A stretch of DNA of 64,000 bases from Candidatus Aenigmatarchaeota archaeon (GCA_043814985.1 JBDRJK010000014.1:45108-109107); one strand, 5' to 3'. Positions 20,987 to 31,222 are shown, counted from the first letter of the stretch. Made by a program: numbers and translations. Notes: generated by a model not told the origin, from the letters alone.

Positions 20987-21328
20987 GTGTTTATTATGCC
21001 ACAAGATTGCGAAACAAAAATGGGACTGTTTTTTTACCGTTTGGACGACCACTCACCTCTAACAAAGGATGAGGTTGTTGACGTGAAAGGGAACACTATA
21101 TATGAATCTAAAACACTTCAGAAAATGATAAGCCAAATGAGAGAAAAAGTAGACATGATAAGAAAAAACAACGGATGCAGCAGAAAAAATATAAATTTAG
21201 GATTGGCGCCATGCTATGTCGCAGAAGAAAAATTGTTAAAATGCGCTAATCCGACAGCCTCCTTCGAAGTAATACCTGAATTAAATCCTGTTAATATGTC
21301 AGATTACAACTTCTTTGAATTGTGTTAG
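20987..21328 (+). CDS. Hypothetical protein
   Basis: 113-aa ORF filling an intergenic gap; no recognised motif. Confidence 0.5.
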   Translation: MFIMPQDCETKMGLFFYRLDDHSPLTKDEVVDVKGNTIYESKTLQKMISQMREKVDMIRKNNGCSRKNINLGLAPCYVAEEKLLKCANPTASFEVIPELNPVNMSDYNFFELC

Positions 21329-21342
21329 AAACAGAAAAAAAA

Positions 21343-21424
21343 TTAAGAAAAGTTCACTACGTCTCCATTCTCAGGAGCGATCGCGTCAAAGCCTCTACCT
21401 CTCAACTCAGTTGCAAACCTTTCA
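21343..21424 (-). pseudogene. Displaced duplicate 3' end of the beta-CASP RNase gene
   Basis: ERFATELRGRGFDAIAPENGDVVNFS* vs ERFATELRGRGFDTIAPKNGDVVNI* at 28435-28513; 60/73 nt identical by manual alignment. Confidence 0.9.
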
Positions 21425-21437
21425 AAAAAAGTTCTGC

Positions 21438-21482
21438 AGGAAAAACCAGCGTTTTTCATTATTTCTTGCTGTTTTTGTAATA
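21438..21482 (+). repeat. 45-bp near-perfect direct repeat of 21583-21628
   Basis: AGGAAAAACCAGCG-TTTTTCATTATTTCTTGCTGTTTTTGTAATA vs AGGAAAAACCAGCGGTTTTTCATTATTACTTGCGGTTTTTGTAATA; 1 indel, 2 substitutions. Confidence 0.9.
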
Positions 21483-21565
21483 AGATATAATACAAAAATA
21501 TATAAGGCACCTTTATCAAATAATCCTTATAAATTTTGGTGTAGTGTTTGCGTGAAGGTGTGAAA

Positions 21566-24500
21566 ATGAAAAAAGGTCGTGAAGGAAAAACCAGCGGTTT
21601 TTCATTATTACTTGCGGTTTTTGTAATATTCTTACTTTCCTTTAACGTATTGACTTTTGCGGAACCAGAAGAAAATCCATGCGAATTGAAGTTCTGCCTA
21701 GTTGATGCTTTTGGCACGGAGGATAATGAGAGTATTGTTGTTTGTGCCGGCACATCAGAAGAAGTTAACTGGTTTAACATATGGTATAATGGAACAATGC
21801 TAAACACCACAAACGGTGGCATAATAAGCGCCCGATACTATGATTACAGCCTTGGCGCTACAAACGGAACTGACTACAACAACGAGCCAATGAGCAATTT
21901 GTCTGATCCGTCATGCGTGTTGCTTGTTTTGAATGGGACCGATGCGCCGTTTACCAATCAGACCATGCAAATCAATGCCACGGTTGGCAACAAGACAGAC
22001 TATGCTGTTGCGGCCTATTCAGAATGCGGTCTTTCAGGATGTAACGGCACCATGTTCACGATAAATTATGTTTCTCTGCAGGCTAATGACGCCTCAGGTG
22101 CGGCAGGTCTGCCGAACACAGCATTCATGGTCTTTGACAACAGCACCAAGTCGTTTTTGTTGGAAGGGCCTGCTCTCTCAGATACAGACGGCTATTGGGC
22201 CGAGCATTGTATGGGCGTTGTGACTGGAGGCGATTGTGTCAACCTGACACCGTTGATAGAGCCTAACATGTGCTTTTACCACGGGATAAGTTTTCCTCTT
22301 AACGATACAGACTCTCTATGCACTATAAACCAGACAACTACAATCATTGCCCTGGACTTTATATCCTCGAACAAGTCCGAGCAAAACGTTACGCCAGGCA
22401 CACCGCTTTCGCTAAACCTTGGCACACCCGCGTCCATGGCCATGGTAATGGTTTCTCTATGGTCCCCAAATTCATTCCAGCAAGAGAACATACCAAACCA
22501 GCTAAACGTCCATGACAATGCGACTGACGAGCTTTTGTTTATTGTCACGGGCCAGGACAAGACAATGCCCGCCTTCCTGGAGCCATTCAAACACTATAAA
22601 ATAAAGTTTAACTATGGCGGGAGAAACTATAGTTTCCCATTCATGACGCCTGTTTCAGGCATGACAGGAGCTCAAATATTCCTGGCAAACAACACCACGC
22701 ACACAGATTCCGACTACAGAACGATTGTCGGAAAGGTGGTAAACCAGACATCCGACTCTTCAGGCAACAAGTATCCTGTGCCGAATGCCACTGTCTATGC
22801 CCAGTTCTTCAAGGGCCCGAGCGGCGCGTTCGGAATACAGTTCTTCAACTCTTCCGTGACCGACGAGAACGGCATGTTCTCCATGAGGATTCCGAAATCG
22901 CTGCCCCCGAGCGAGCATTCGCAAGGCGACATGTACTTCCCGCAATACCAGTTCTTCATAGTCAGCGACAAGACAAGCGATGGCGTGCCTGTCTACTACC
23001 CCACGATAGACAACAACAATAACAGAGGGTATTTTGCAATAGGCGACACTGTCGTGCTCCCGCCACTGACTCTCAAGGCCGGTGGGCTTGTCGATGCCAG
23101 ACTTACGCTCAACAGCGCAAGAATGATCATAAGCGAGCTCAGCAAGTTCTCCTCCACGGGGACAGGCATCCAAAGGGACGATGTCACAGGGAAATTCTCG
23201 ATGACGTCAATGTTCGAGAATGTGAACCCGCCATCAAGCATGAACATGTCATTCCTTTCCCCTGTCGGAAACAATATGGTCATTGACTTTTTCGGCAAGA
23301 ACACGACAATGGGGGATCCGATGTCCGGCTCGATAATGAGGGCATGCTTCAACATTTCCGCGAACGTCACGCAGGGCATCATATCTTCAATAAGGTGCAA
23401 TCTCACAGAGCCTGGTTATCTGAACCTTACTGTTTACACGTGCAATGACATATTCGACTATAATATTTCTGACGAGTCCAAATGCTCAAACCTGCAGAAC
23501 ACGATGAACAGGAACAAGGCAGGCTCCTTTGACTTCTGGTTCGAGACAAGCGGCATTATCCGCAACAGCAACGGCCAAGTTGTTGTCTTGATAAATCCCG
23601 AAGGCGTGCTGCTTGAGAACCTTGTCGGTTTCGGGAGCCAGTCACCGACGCTTAGCGTGCCGCTGCCAGCGGGAAACTACACGCTAGAACTAACCTCATC
23701 ATTCGATTTCAGCCAGTACCTTAGTGTTTACAACAAGACAAACATCTCAATAGCGCCAGGAGCAACTGTTGTTATGAACCTTGCTAGGGCTGAGAACTGG
23801 AACATACAGCCGATGTTCAATCCGTCCATGGCGCTTTCAGACAACAACAATATCAACGTTTCTATAATGACAAAGCAGGGCACGATGCTAAACGGTACGA
23901 GAGTCGCCTTGACAGCCAGAATACTTTTCCTAAACAAAACTGTGGCAAATGCAACAACAATAACATTCAGCTACGACTCTAACAGGAATACGTTCTACAA
24001 CCTTACTTTTAGGCCGGCCTCCTTTAACCTCGATGCAGGCAAGTACATAATGCTTCTCAATGCAAGCAACTTCAGCGGAAACACCCTTTACACTTCCACC
24101 AATACCATGCAGTTCAATGCGTACGATTTCCAGGTCGGTATGGACCTGGGCGGCTTCACCTTCGGCACGAACCAGACCGTGAACGGAAAGATATTCGTCT
24201 TCAACACGAGCACCAATCCGCCGACAGGAATCAACTCAACCAGCATAGGCGCCGACAAGAACGTGACAGTCAAGATGTACGACTCTACTGGCACAGAGGT
24301 TTCTGTTGCCTATAGCGCATCCAACATAACAGACGGCCAGGGATACGTGAACTTGACAATGCCTACTACTTTAGGATTCTACCAGGTAGTGACTTCTGTG
24401 ACAGCCGACAACTGCTTCTCGGAAGGCTGCACAAACGGCACTGTAGGAGTGTCTGACAACTGGGTCCAGATAAGCAACATAAATATCAAGACCACGACAG

Positions 24501-26926
24501 ACAGGCAGAGATACCAGCCATCGGACAATGTCGCTTTGACCATTCAGGTTTCCAACTCAACTACAGGTGCGGCAATCAGCGGCGCGTCGGTCGAGGTTGT
24601 GGCTGACAGCAGCGACACGCCTGCAATAGGAACGACGGGCTCCGACGGCAAGGCCACTATAACGCTTAACTCTTCCACGCACTCTGGGAGCACTTCGTGG
24701 TCATACGGATGGCACAACCTCAGGATAAAAATATCCAAGAACATCGGAAGCAATGTTGTCAAGCTGGAGACGTGGTTCGGCTTTGACGTCAGGGGAACAG
24801 ACCTGTTTGTCAGGCCAGAAAGGCCCTCGTACCAGACTACTGACAACGTGACAATACTTATGTACGGTCCTTTGGAAAGTTTCACAATACCACCGTCAGG
24901 CGTCAAGGTGGACGGCACAACGCTTTCGCAAGGATCGCTTGACAACTGCGACCCGACGCCGAATGTGACATTCTGCATAAACGACGCCTGGAGCAGCGGC
25001 TCAAAGGAGGTAAAGATCGGGAACTGGTCTGTCGGGCACCACAATGTCGAGATAACGTCCTCCACAGGCGGCGGCCAGCAGAAATTCTATGTAGGCTTTG
25101 ATGTGAACTCATTCAACATCATGACGTCGACAGACAAGTTCAGCTACGACCTCAATGAGAACATAACGCTGAGCGTCAAGGCAACAGCAATAAACGGCAC
25201 CGCATTATCAGGACAGAACTTTACTGCCACTCTTTACAAGGCACAGCCGCCAAACGACATACTTGTCGCCGGGGCAAACGGCACCACGAACTCCACGGGG
25301 CAGGCCACTGTCACATTGAACGCAACAAAGCCCGGCTTCAACTATATAATGATAAACATGGGAGGGCAGAAACAGTTCATGGGCGTGCAGGTTTCAACAC
25401 TCAAGGTAACTCTTCTATCAGGTGAGCCTGGGCCGAGTGCATCTATAGTAGATAACTATGACGTCTCGCCTGGCAGCACTGTTATAATCTATGTCAATGC
25501 CACGAGAGGTGGCGCCAGCGTGCCTGACGGGACAGCGGTTTCAGCAAAGCTCTGGTCATTTGGAAACTACATCGAGATACCGTTCAACACCACTACCAAC
25601 GGAAACGCGACAATTTCCTTGGATATACCGGCGTTCTCGCCGCTTCAAAAGTACGGATTAGAAATTAGGCTAACGTCTCCAGACGGCGAGCAAGGATTTG
25701 CGCCGCCAGCGACAGTCACAGTTACGGGCGGGGCAGCGCTCCAACTGAGCGCCATATCAGACAGGTCTTTCAACAGCCCCTACAAGTCAGGAGACAATGC
25801 GACCCTGACGGCAAAGCTGACTTACACGAACGGCACCGGAGTGAGCGGCTATATTGTAACCTTTGAAGTCGGATCAGATGGAACAACCCCGCGCGTTGTC
25901 GGAACAGCCACTACCGGAAGCGACGGCACTGCAAGAAAGACCATGACAATAACGAGCAACTATACTGACGGCCCTTACTTTTTGCATGCATACATTACAA
26001 ACAGCAGCGATGTACAGTCCTACTCAGGCTTCATTGTGAGCAGTCTCAGGGTAGTTGCAAGCGCAAACAGCAACACATATTCTCCGGGAGATAATGTGAT
26101 GCTGAATATATCTGTTTACAACAGGACATCCGGATTGCGAATAAACGCGACAAGCGGATTCCTTTTCATCTTCAACAAGGATAAGGGAGAGATACAGCAG
26201 TATGTCGACACCTCTGGACAGGCGCAGCCGTACCGGGTGAACATCTCGATACCCAACGAAATTAGTGCCATAGGCACTTATCCGATTGCTGTCGACATGT
26301 TCGTTAACCAGTCACACGGCTTCGGATTCGTGATGGTCAACGTCAAAAACGCCTCGCAAAGCCTGAACATGACAATGCCCGATTCAATAGATGCGGGAAC
26401 ATACTTCCTTGTCAACATAAGCTCGAGCCTCAACGGCACGGTCACTCTGAGGGCCTTCTCGCCAGCGGCATCAAGTCTGGTTTACGAAAACACAAGCATA
26501 GCCCTGAGCTCAGGATCCCTGCCAAACGCCACGATAAACATGTCAATAACAGACCCGGGCGTGTACGTGTTTAATGCGTTTGTCAGCGGCATAGGCATGA
26601 CAACGCAAGTTGTCACAGTGTCCCCGCCAACAAGCGGGACTGTACCCGCGATATGGACAGGCTCTGCCTTGGCAACAAACGCGACAACGTTCGATGCAAC
26701 GAGCAGCGTCTACATACTTTGCAACATACCGAATGCAATAGCATCGGTTCTTACTTTAGATGAGAACACGACAATAACCATGCAGGTGCCCCTGTCCTTA
26801 ACAACAGGAAGCAATTACTATAGCATACTGAACAGCACGGCGCTCGTCAGCGGGAGAAAGTATTTTGTGCGCCTCGATACTAACACGTCCACGGGAGTCT
26901 ACAACACGATGTTTACGGTGAACTGA
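21566..26926 (+). CDS. Very large secreted beta-sandwich glycoprotein (S-layer/adhesin-like)
   Basis: Signal peptide, many sequons, repeated TDRxxYxPxDNV and TTGSDGxA Ig-like motifs, no C-terminal TM; ATG 21566 after AGGTG SD. Confidence 0.8.
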   Translation: MKKGREGKTSGFSLLLAVFVIFLLSFNVLTFAEPEENPCELKFCLVDAFGTEDNESIVVCAGTSEEVNWFNIWYNGTMLNTTNGGIISARYYDYSLGATNGTDYNNEPMSNLSDPSCVLLVLNGTDAPFTNQTMQINATVGNKTDYAVAAYSECGLSGCNGTMFTINYVSLQANDASGAAGLPNTAFMVFDNSTKSFLLEGPALSDTDGYWAEHCMGVVTGGDCVNLTPLIEPNMCFYHGISFPLNDTDSLCTINQTTTIIALDFISSNKSEQNVTPGTPLSLNLGTPASMAMVMVSLWSPNSFQQENIPNQLNVHDNATDELLFIVTGQDKTMPAFLEPFKHYKIKFNYGGRNYSFPFMTPVSGMTGAQIFLANNTTHTDSDYRTIVGKVVNQTSDSSGNKYPVPNATVYAQFFKGPSGAFGIQFFNSSVTDENGMFSMRIPKSLPPSEHSQGDMYFPQYQFFIVSDKTSDGVPVYYPTIDNNNNRGYFAIGDTVVLPPLTLKAGGLVDARLTLNSARMIISELSKFSSTGTGIQRDDVTGKFSMTSMFENVNPPSSMNMSFLSPVGNNMVIDFFGKNTTMGDPMSGSIMRACFNISANVTQGIISSIRCNLTEPGYLNLTVYTCNDIFDYNISDESKCSNLQNTMNRNKAGSFDFWFETSGIIRNSNGQVVVLINPEGVLLENLVGFGSQSPTLSVPLPAGNYTLELTSSFDFSQYLSVYNKTNISIAPGATVVMNLARAENWNIQPMFNPSMALSDNNNINVSIMTKQGTMLNGTRVALTARILFLNKTVANATTITFSYDSNRNTFYNLTFRPASFNLDAGKYIMLLNASNFSGNTLYTSTNTMQFNAYDFQVGMDLGGFTFGTNQTVNGKIFVFNTSTNPPTGINSTSIGADKNVTVKMYDSTGTEVSVAYSASNITDGQGYVNLTMPTTLGFYQVVTSVTADNCFSEGCTNGTVGVSDNWVQISNINIKTTTDRQRYQPSDNVALTIQVSNSTTGAAISGASVEVVADSSDTPAIGTTGSDGKATITLNSSTHSGSTSWSYGWHNLRIKISKNIGSNVVKLETWFGFDVRGTDLFVRPERPSYQTTDNVTILMYGPLESFTIPPSGVKVDGTTLSQGSLDNCDPTPNVTFCINDAWSSGSKEVKIGNWSVGHHNVEITSSTGGGQQKFYVGFDVNSFNIMTSTDKFSYDLNENITLSVKATAINGTALSGQNFTATLYKAQPPNDILVAGANGTTNSTGQATVTLNATKPGFNYIMINMGGQKQFMGVQVSTLKVTLLSGEPGPSASIVDNYDVSPGSTVIIYVNATRGGASVPDGTAVSAKLWSFGNYIEIPFNTTTNGNATISLDIPAFSPLQKYGLEIRLTSPDGEQGFAPPATVTVTGGAALQLSAISDRSFNSPYKSGDNATLTAKLTYTNGTGVSGYIVTFEVGSDGTTPRVVGTATTGSDGTARKTMTITSNYTDGPYFLHAYITNSSDVQSYSGFIVSSLRVVASANSNTYSPGDNVMLNISVYNRTSGLRINATSGFLFIFNKDKGEIQQYVDTSGQAQPYRVNISIPNEISAIGTYPIAVDMFVNQSHGFGFVMVNVKNASQSLNMTMPDSIDAGTYFLVNISSSLNGTVTLRAFSPAASSLVYENTSIALSSGSLPNATINMSITDPGVYVFNAFVSGIGMTTQVVTVSPPTSGTVPAIWTGSALATNATTFDATSSVYILCNIPNAIASVLTLDENTTITMQVPLSLTTGSNYYSILNSTALVSGRKYFVRLDTNTSTGVYNTMFTVN

Positions 26927-26928
26927 AA

Positions 26929-28416
26929 ATGAAAGCAGCGATATTATTACTTGCGTTTTTGGTTGCGATGGCCTGCCCTGCGCTCGCGACAGGCTCAATA
27001 TCAATATCGAGCGTAAGCATGCCTTCCAGCGTGACTACGGGGGACACCTTTACAATTACAATGTCTGTCACAGGCTCTGAGGTCAGCGATGTAAGCGGTT
27101 CGTTGACTTTGCCGACAGGACTTAGCTGCACACCGTCTGGTTCGCAGTCCATATCAATGTCAGGCGGTTCTGGAAGCACAAGCTGGTCGTGCACTGCGTC
27201 GGTTGCAGGAGACTATACAAACCAGATAACTGCGAGCGTGGCTGCATTGGATTCCGGGACAGGCCAGCCGCTTTCTGACAGCTCACAGACAGGCCTGCAG
27301 GTGATGACGCCTGCATCTCTAACGTCATCATCATCAATAGCGTCTTCAAGCATAGTCGCGGGCGGTTCGACTACACTCACGGTAGGCGTGAACAACGCGG
27401 GCGGAACGACCACGACATATAACATATCCATGTCTTGCACAGGGCTTTCATGCTCACCTTCATCTGTCTCGAGCAATAGCATAGATGGGAACACCATAGC
27501 TTACCACACGTTTACCATAACCTCGACAAGTGCTGGCGCCTTTACAGCGACTGCTACCATAAGCGGGAACGGCCAGACACTAACAACATCCAAATCATTA
27601 ACAGTAAGCTCTTCCGATTCCCAGCTTCCTGGAGGCGGAGGCTCTCCCGGAGGTGGCGGTGCATCTACCAGAACTTTTACAATGAGGTACAAAAAGGGAA
27701 ACTGTAACATAACCGTGCCATCAATGGTTGCCAACAGCATAATGAACTTTACAATAGCAAAGACAGAGGACATAGCATTCAGGCAGATCAACGTTTCTGT
27801 TGCAAGGACTGCCAACAACACAAAAATAATTATCAACAGGATTATGGCATTGCCGGACTCAGTAGGCCACGACATACAAGGCAAGGTTTATCATTACATA
27901 CAGATAGACAATATTAACATAACCGATGGCGACTTAAGCAGGGTTTACATAAAATTCGCTTTAAACAGATTATGGTTTGATGAAAACGGCATAGGAATGC
28001 AAAACATCAGCCTCTACAGGTGGGAAGGTGATGGATGGAACGAATTGCCCACAACATACATGAGCGAAGACGCTTCCGAAGTTATTTATCAAGCAGAGTC
28101 GCCGGGCTTCTCGATTTTTGCAATAGGGTCTGGCGGTGCAGAAACAATAACCGAAGAAGGGCAGGCAGGCTGTACAGAGAGCTGGTCGTGCACTGAGTGG
28201 TCCGAGTGCGCAGACAACCTTCAGACAAGAGGGTGCACAGACTTCGGCGCCTGCGGCACATACGCAAGCAAACCGTTCGAGTCACAAGAGTGCCAGGTTG
28301 TTGCAGAGACACAGTTCCCGATGGTTGAGGTCTCTATAGTAGTTCTTGTAGCAATAATCCTGATAATCGGTTTTCTCGCAGCAAAAGGGAAAATAAATCT
28401 TAATAAAAACAAGTGA
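26929..28416 (+). CDS. PGF-pre-PGF domain surface protein with TSP1-like motif and TM anchor
   Basis: Signal peptide, Ser/Thr-rich Ig-like domains, SPGFSIFAI, WSCTEWSEC, TM. Confidence 0.85.
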   Translation: MKAAILLLAFLVAMACPALATGSISISSVSMPSSVTTGDTFTITMSVTGSEVSDVSGSLTLPTGLSCTPSGSQSISMSGGSGSTSWSCTASVAGDYTNQITASVAALDSGTGQPLSDSSQTGLQVMTPASLTSSSSIASSSIVAGGSTTLTVGVNNAGGTTTTYNISMSCTGLSCSPSSVSSNSIDGNTIAYHTFTITSTSAGAFTATATISGNGQTLTTSKSLTVSSSDSQLPGGGGSPGGGGASTRTFTMRYKKGNCNITVPSMVANSIMNFTIAKTEDIAFRQINVSVARTANNTKIIINRIMALPDSVGHDIQGKVYHYIQIDNINITDGDLSRVYIKFALNRLWFDENGIGMQNISLYRWEGDGWNELPTTYMSEDASEVIYQAESPGFSIFAIGSGGAETITEEGQAGCTESWSCTEWSECADNLQTRGCTDFGACGTYASKPFESQECQVVAETQFPMVEVSIVVLVAIILIIGFLAAKGKINLNKNK

Positions 28417-28434
28417 ATTTTTCTTAGTTTAGAA

Positions 28435-29676
28435 TCAGATATTGACAACATCCCCGTTCTTGGGAGCTATTGTGTCAAAGCCCCTACCTCTCAGCTCAGT
28501 TGCAAACCTTTCACAGTAGTCTCCGTGCAGGCACATGACCTTCTCCGGGTTTATATTGTTGACAAACTTGAACAGGTCGGCCCTTCCCACATGAGCTGAA
28601 AAGTCCATCCTTTGTATGTTCATCTTTATCTTCAAATCAAAACCTTCTGTGACAAACCTTCCCGTGTCAACAAGGTATCTTCCGGCTGTCTTCGGTATAA
28701 GGAAGCCAGTGAATATTATGGAGCTTTCAGGACTGTTGTACAATGACTTGACATAGCCTACAGAAGGCCCTCCTTCCAGGAGCCCTGATGTCGTTATAAT
28801 CGCGCAGGGCTTCTTTGTTATGGCCCTCCTCTGCTCTGCAGATTCTATTGTCCTGACATTCTTGAAAGCCTTTCTCAAAGCCTTGGCATCTCTAATAAAT
28901 TCTGGATAGCTCAGTGATATTTCAGTTGCTTTTCTTGCCATGCCATCCAGATAAACAGGAAAATCATGCTTGAAGGAATCAACAACCATCAGAACTTCTG
29001 CTGCTCTTCCAATGGCAAATGATGGAATGATAGCAACCCCCTCGTTGGCGATTGTTCCCTCAATGGCTTCGAAAAAATCCTTTTCCACCTCCTTTCTAGG
29101 TGGATGGTCCCTGTTGGAGTAGGTGCTTTCCATTATAAGCAGGTCAACATCCTTGACATCTATCTTGGCGCCCTTGAGCAATCTTGTATCATTTGTGTTG
29201 AAGTCGGAAGTGTAAAGGATTCTCTTGCCTCCCATTTCCAATAAGCAGCAGAAGCTTCCTGGTATGTGCCCGGCATTGTAGAATTCCATTGAATAGTCAT
29301 TGGTCTCAAACCTCTGGCCATATGTTATCCTGGTTTCATTCTTTTTCATCTTTGCAACGCCCACTTTGGTGAAAGGCAATTTCTTGTTCTCATATCTGGC
29401 TATTTTCATACTGTCTCTCAGGAGAAGATGTGTAAGTTCAAAGGTAGTGATTGTTGACAGCACATTAGGCTTCATCTTCCCGAACAGCTTGGGAGCAGAA
29501 CCAATATGGTCCAGGTGGCCATGATTTAATACAAGCGTATCAACTTTACTTGGGCTCAATGGAGACTCACCAGTTTCAACCTTGACCCCATAGTCAAAAA
29601 GTATGCTTTTCTTCCCTTCAATAAGGACAGCATTCTTGCCGACTTCCCTGAAGCCTCCTAGGCATCTTATCTTCAT
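28435..29676 (-). CDS. MBL-fold beta-CASP ribonuclease (aCPSF2-like, no KH domains)
   Basis: LGGFREVG, HGHLDH, AGHIPGS, MESTY, FAIGR, FSAH, LHGD. Confidence 0.9.
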   Translation of the reverse strand: MKIRCLGGFREVGKNAVLIEGKKSILFDYGVKVETGESPLSPSKVDTLVLNHGHLDHIGSAPKLFGKMKPNVLSTITTFELTHLLLRDSMKIARYENKKLPFTKVGVAKMKKNETRITYGQRFETNDYSMEFYNAGHIPGSFCCLLEMGGKRILYTSDFNTNDTRLLKGAKIDVKDVDLLIMESTYSNRDHPPRKEVEKDFFEAIEGTIANEGVAIIPSFAIGRAAEVLMVVDSFKHDFPVYLDGMARKATEISLSYPEFIRDAKALRKAFKNVRTIESAEQRRAITKKPCAIITTSGLLEGGPSVGYVKSLYNSPESSIIFTGFLIPKTAGRYLVDTGRFVTEGFDLKIKMNIQRMDFSAHVGRADLFKFVNNINPEKVMCLHGDYCERFATELRGRGFDTIAPKNGDVVNI

Positions 29677-29725
29677 AGTATTCCTAATTCTTTTCGTACT
29701 TTATTAAGGTTATTAAAGAATAGTG

Positions 29726-30247
29726 CTACTTGCCTTTCTTTTTTCTATATTTATATTCAGCTAACCTGCATAGTTGATGAGCGGGATTATTCTCGCTTTT
29801 TATTTCCTTGTATTTAATGTTATAGCTCCTTCTTATGTCTTGAACATCTTTTATTTTTTTCTCCAATATTTCTAATTCAGCTTCTGTAAGTCCATTATTT
29901 TCTTTGTTCAGGGACTTTGCAACATTCTTGGACCTTCCCATTAAATCAACTAATTGTCTGCAGTCAGAAGATATAGAAACACGATTGTCTCCGTTTCCAT
30001 ATTTTTTGCAATAAATTTTATTGCAATAATGAGGTATAGTTATTATAGCATCAAAGTTCGCCGTTGCCTCGGCCATAAAAGTAGTGTGCGGAGAAACAGT
30101 TTTTACATCATAAATCTCCTGGATTTTAACCCTGTCGTTATCCTCTACAAGAATGCCTAATGACACTTTACTATCATTTAGCAAATGCCCGTCAACATAA
30201 AGACTGAAAGGATACTCGTATGAGGGATAATGTAAAATCGAGTTCAT
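29726..30247 (-). CDS. RNase HI-like fold protein
   Basis: LYVDG, AEATA, SDCRQLV, NPAHQL mirror the RNase HI D-E-D-D motifs, last Asp replaced by His. Confidence 0.6.
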   Translation of the reverse strand: MNSILHYPSYEYPFSLYVDGHLLNDSKVSLGILVEDNDRVKIQEIYDVKTVSPHTTFMAEATANFDAIITIPHYCNKIYCKKYGNGDNRVSISSDCRQLVDLMGRSKNVAKSLNKENNGLTEAELEILEKKIKDVQDIRRSYNIKYKEIKSENNPAHQLCRLAEYKYRKKKGK

Positions 30248-30398
30248 AATCTAAATGAAAGAACAAGCTTTAAATCCTCATCCCAAAAAACAACCTTTGT
30301 TCCAAAGGAACGAAAGTATTAAATTTGTATTTGAACAATTTTATTAAACTGTTTCTTGTAACAGATAAGTTAATATTTTTCTCCGCTTCATTAGTTTT

Positions 30399-31175
30399 AT
30401 GGAAAAGGCAGAAATCGGGTTTATTGGTGGCACTGGTCTTTACGATTCTTCAATGCTAAAGGACTCGTCCAAGATTGAAATAGATACAGACTATGGGAAA
30501 ACTTCTGATGCATTTAATATCGGAACAATGAATGGAAAGAAGATTGCATTTCTTGCAAGGCACGGTCAAGGCCACAGAATACCTCCTCACGAGCTGAACT
30601 TCAAGGCCAACATTAATGGCTTTGAGAAACTGGGAGCAAAAAGAATTGTCGCATGTTGCGCTGTTGGCTCTCTGAAGGAAGAGTACAAGCCAGGAGACAT
30701 TGTGATACCTGACCAGTTCATTGACTGGAAAAAGACAATGGCAACATTTTACAACACGGGAAATGTTAAGCATGTTTCTTTGGCTGATCCGTTCTGTTCA
30801 GAGATAAGAGAGGCGCTGATAATAACCTGCAAGGACTTGGGAATAAGATTTCATGATAGGGGAACCTATCTCTGTGTTGAGGGTCCGAGGTTCTCGACAA
30901 GGGCTGAGAGCAGGATGTTCAGGAAATTCGCAGAGATAATTGGGATGACTGGTATACCAGAAGCAATTTTGGCAAGGGAAAGGGAAATCTGTCTTGGTAT
31001 ATTGGCAACAGTAAGTGATTATGATGTGTGGGCAGACAAGCCTGTTACATTCGAAGAGATTAAGAAAACAATGAAAGAAAACAACGAAAAGGTAAAGCAA
31101 ATAATAAAGGAAGTTGTGAAAAACATTCCTGATGAGAGAAACTGTGTTTGTAAGGATGCTTTGAAATCCGCTTAG
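30399..31175 (+). CDS. mtnP: S-methyl-5'-thioadenosine phosphorylase
   Basis: IGGTG, RHG, AVGSL, PDQFID, EGPRFSTRAES, GMT, SDYD. Confidence 0.92.
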   Translation: MEKAEIGFIGGTGLYDSSMLKDSSKIEIDTDYGKTSDAFNIGTMNGKKIAFLARHGQGHRIPPHELNFKANINGFEKLGAKRIVACCAVGSLKEEYKPGDIVIPDQFIDWKKTMATFYNTGNVKHVSLADPFCSEIREALIITCKDLGIRFHDRGTYLCVEGPRFSTRAESRMFRKFAEIIGMTGIPEAILAREREICLGILATVSDYDVWADKPVTFEEIKKTMKENNEKVKQIIKEVVKNIPDERNCVCKDALKSA

Positions 31176-31222
31176 GGCAACTGTTATATAAACAATTATA
31201 TTAAAATTAAAATAGTGATTTT

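Larger units (their letters stand above)
21425..28513. mobile_element. Putative acquired surface-protein cassette flanked by direct repeats (no integrase)
   Basis: Bounded by duplicated RNase 3' ends; visibly GC/CpG-richer than flanks. Confidence 0.6.

Noticed and set aside
21315..21563. 82-aa plus-strand ORF containing FSLFLAVFVI
   Set aside because: Reads through the RNase remnant and the 45-bp repeat; no independent coding evidence
21343..21822. 159-aa minus-strand ORF
   Set aside because: Mostly antisense to the large surface gene; only the last ~26 codons are meaningful (RNase remnant)
30255..30347. 30-codon uORF upstream of mtnP as a third leader peptide
   Set aside because: No pathway-related codon enrichment and no SD-occluding hairpin found
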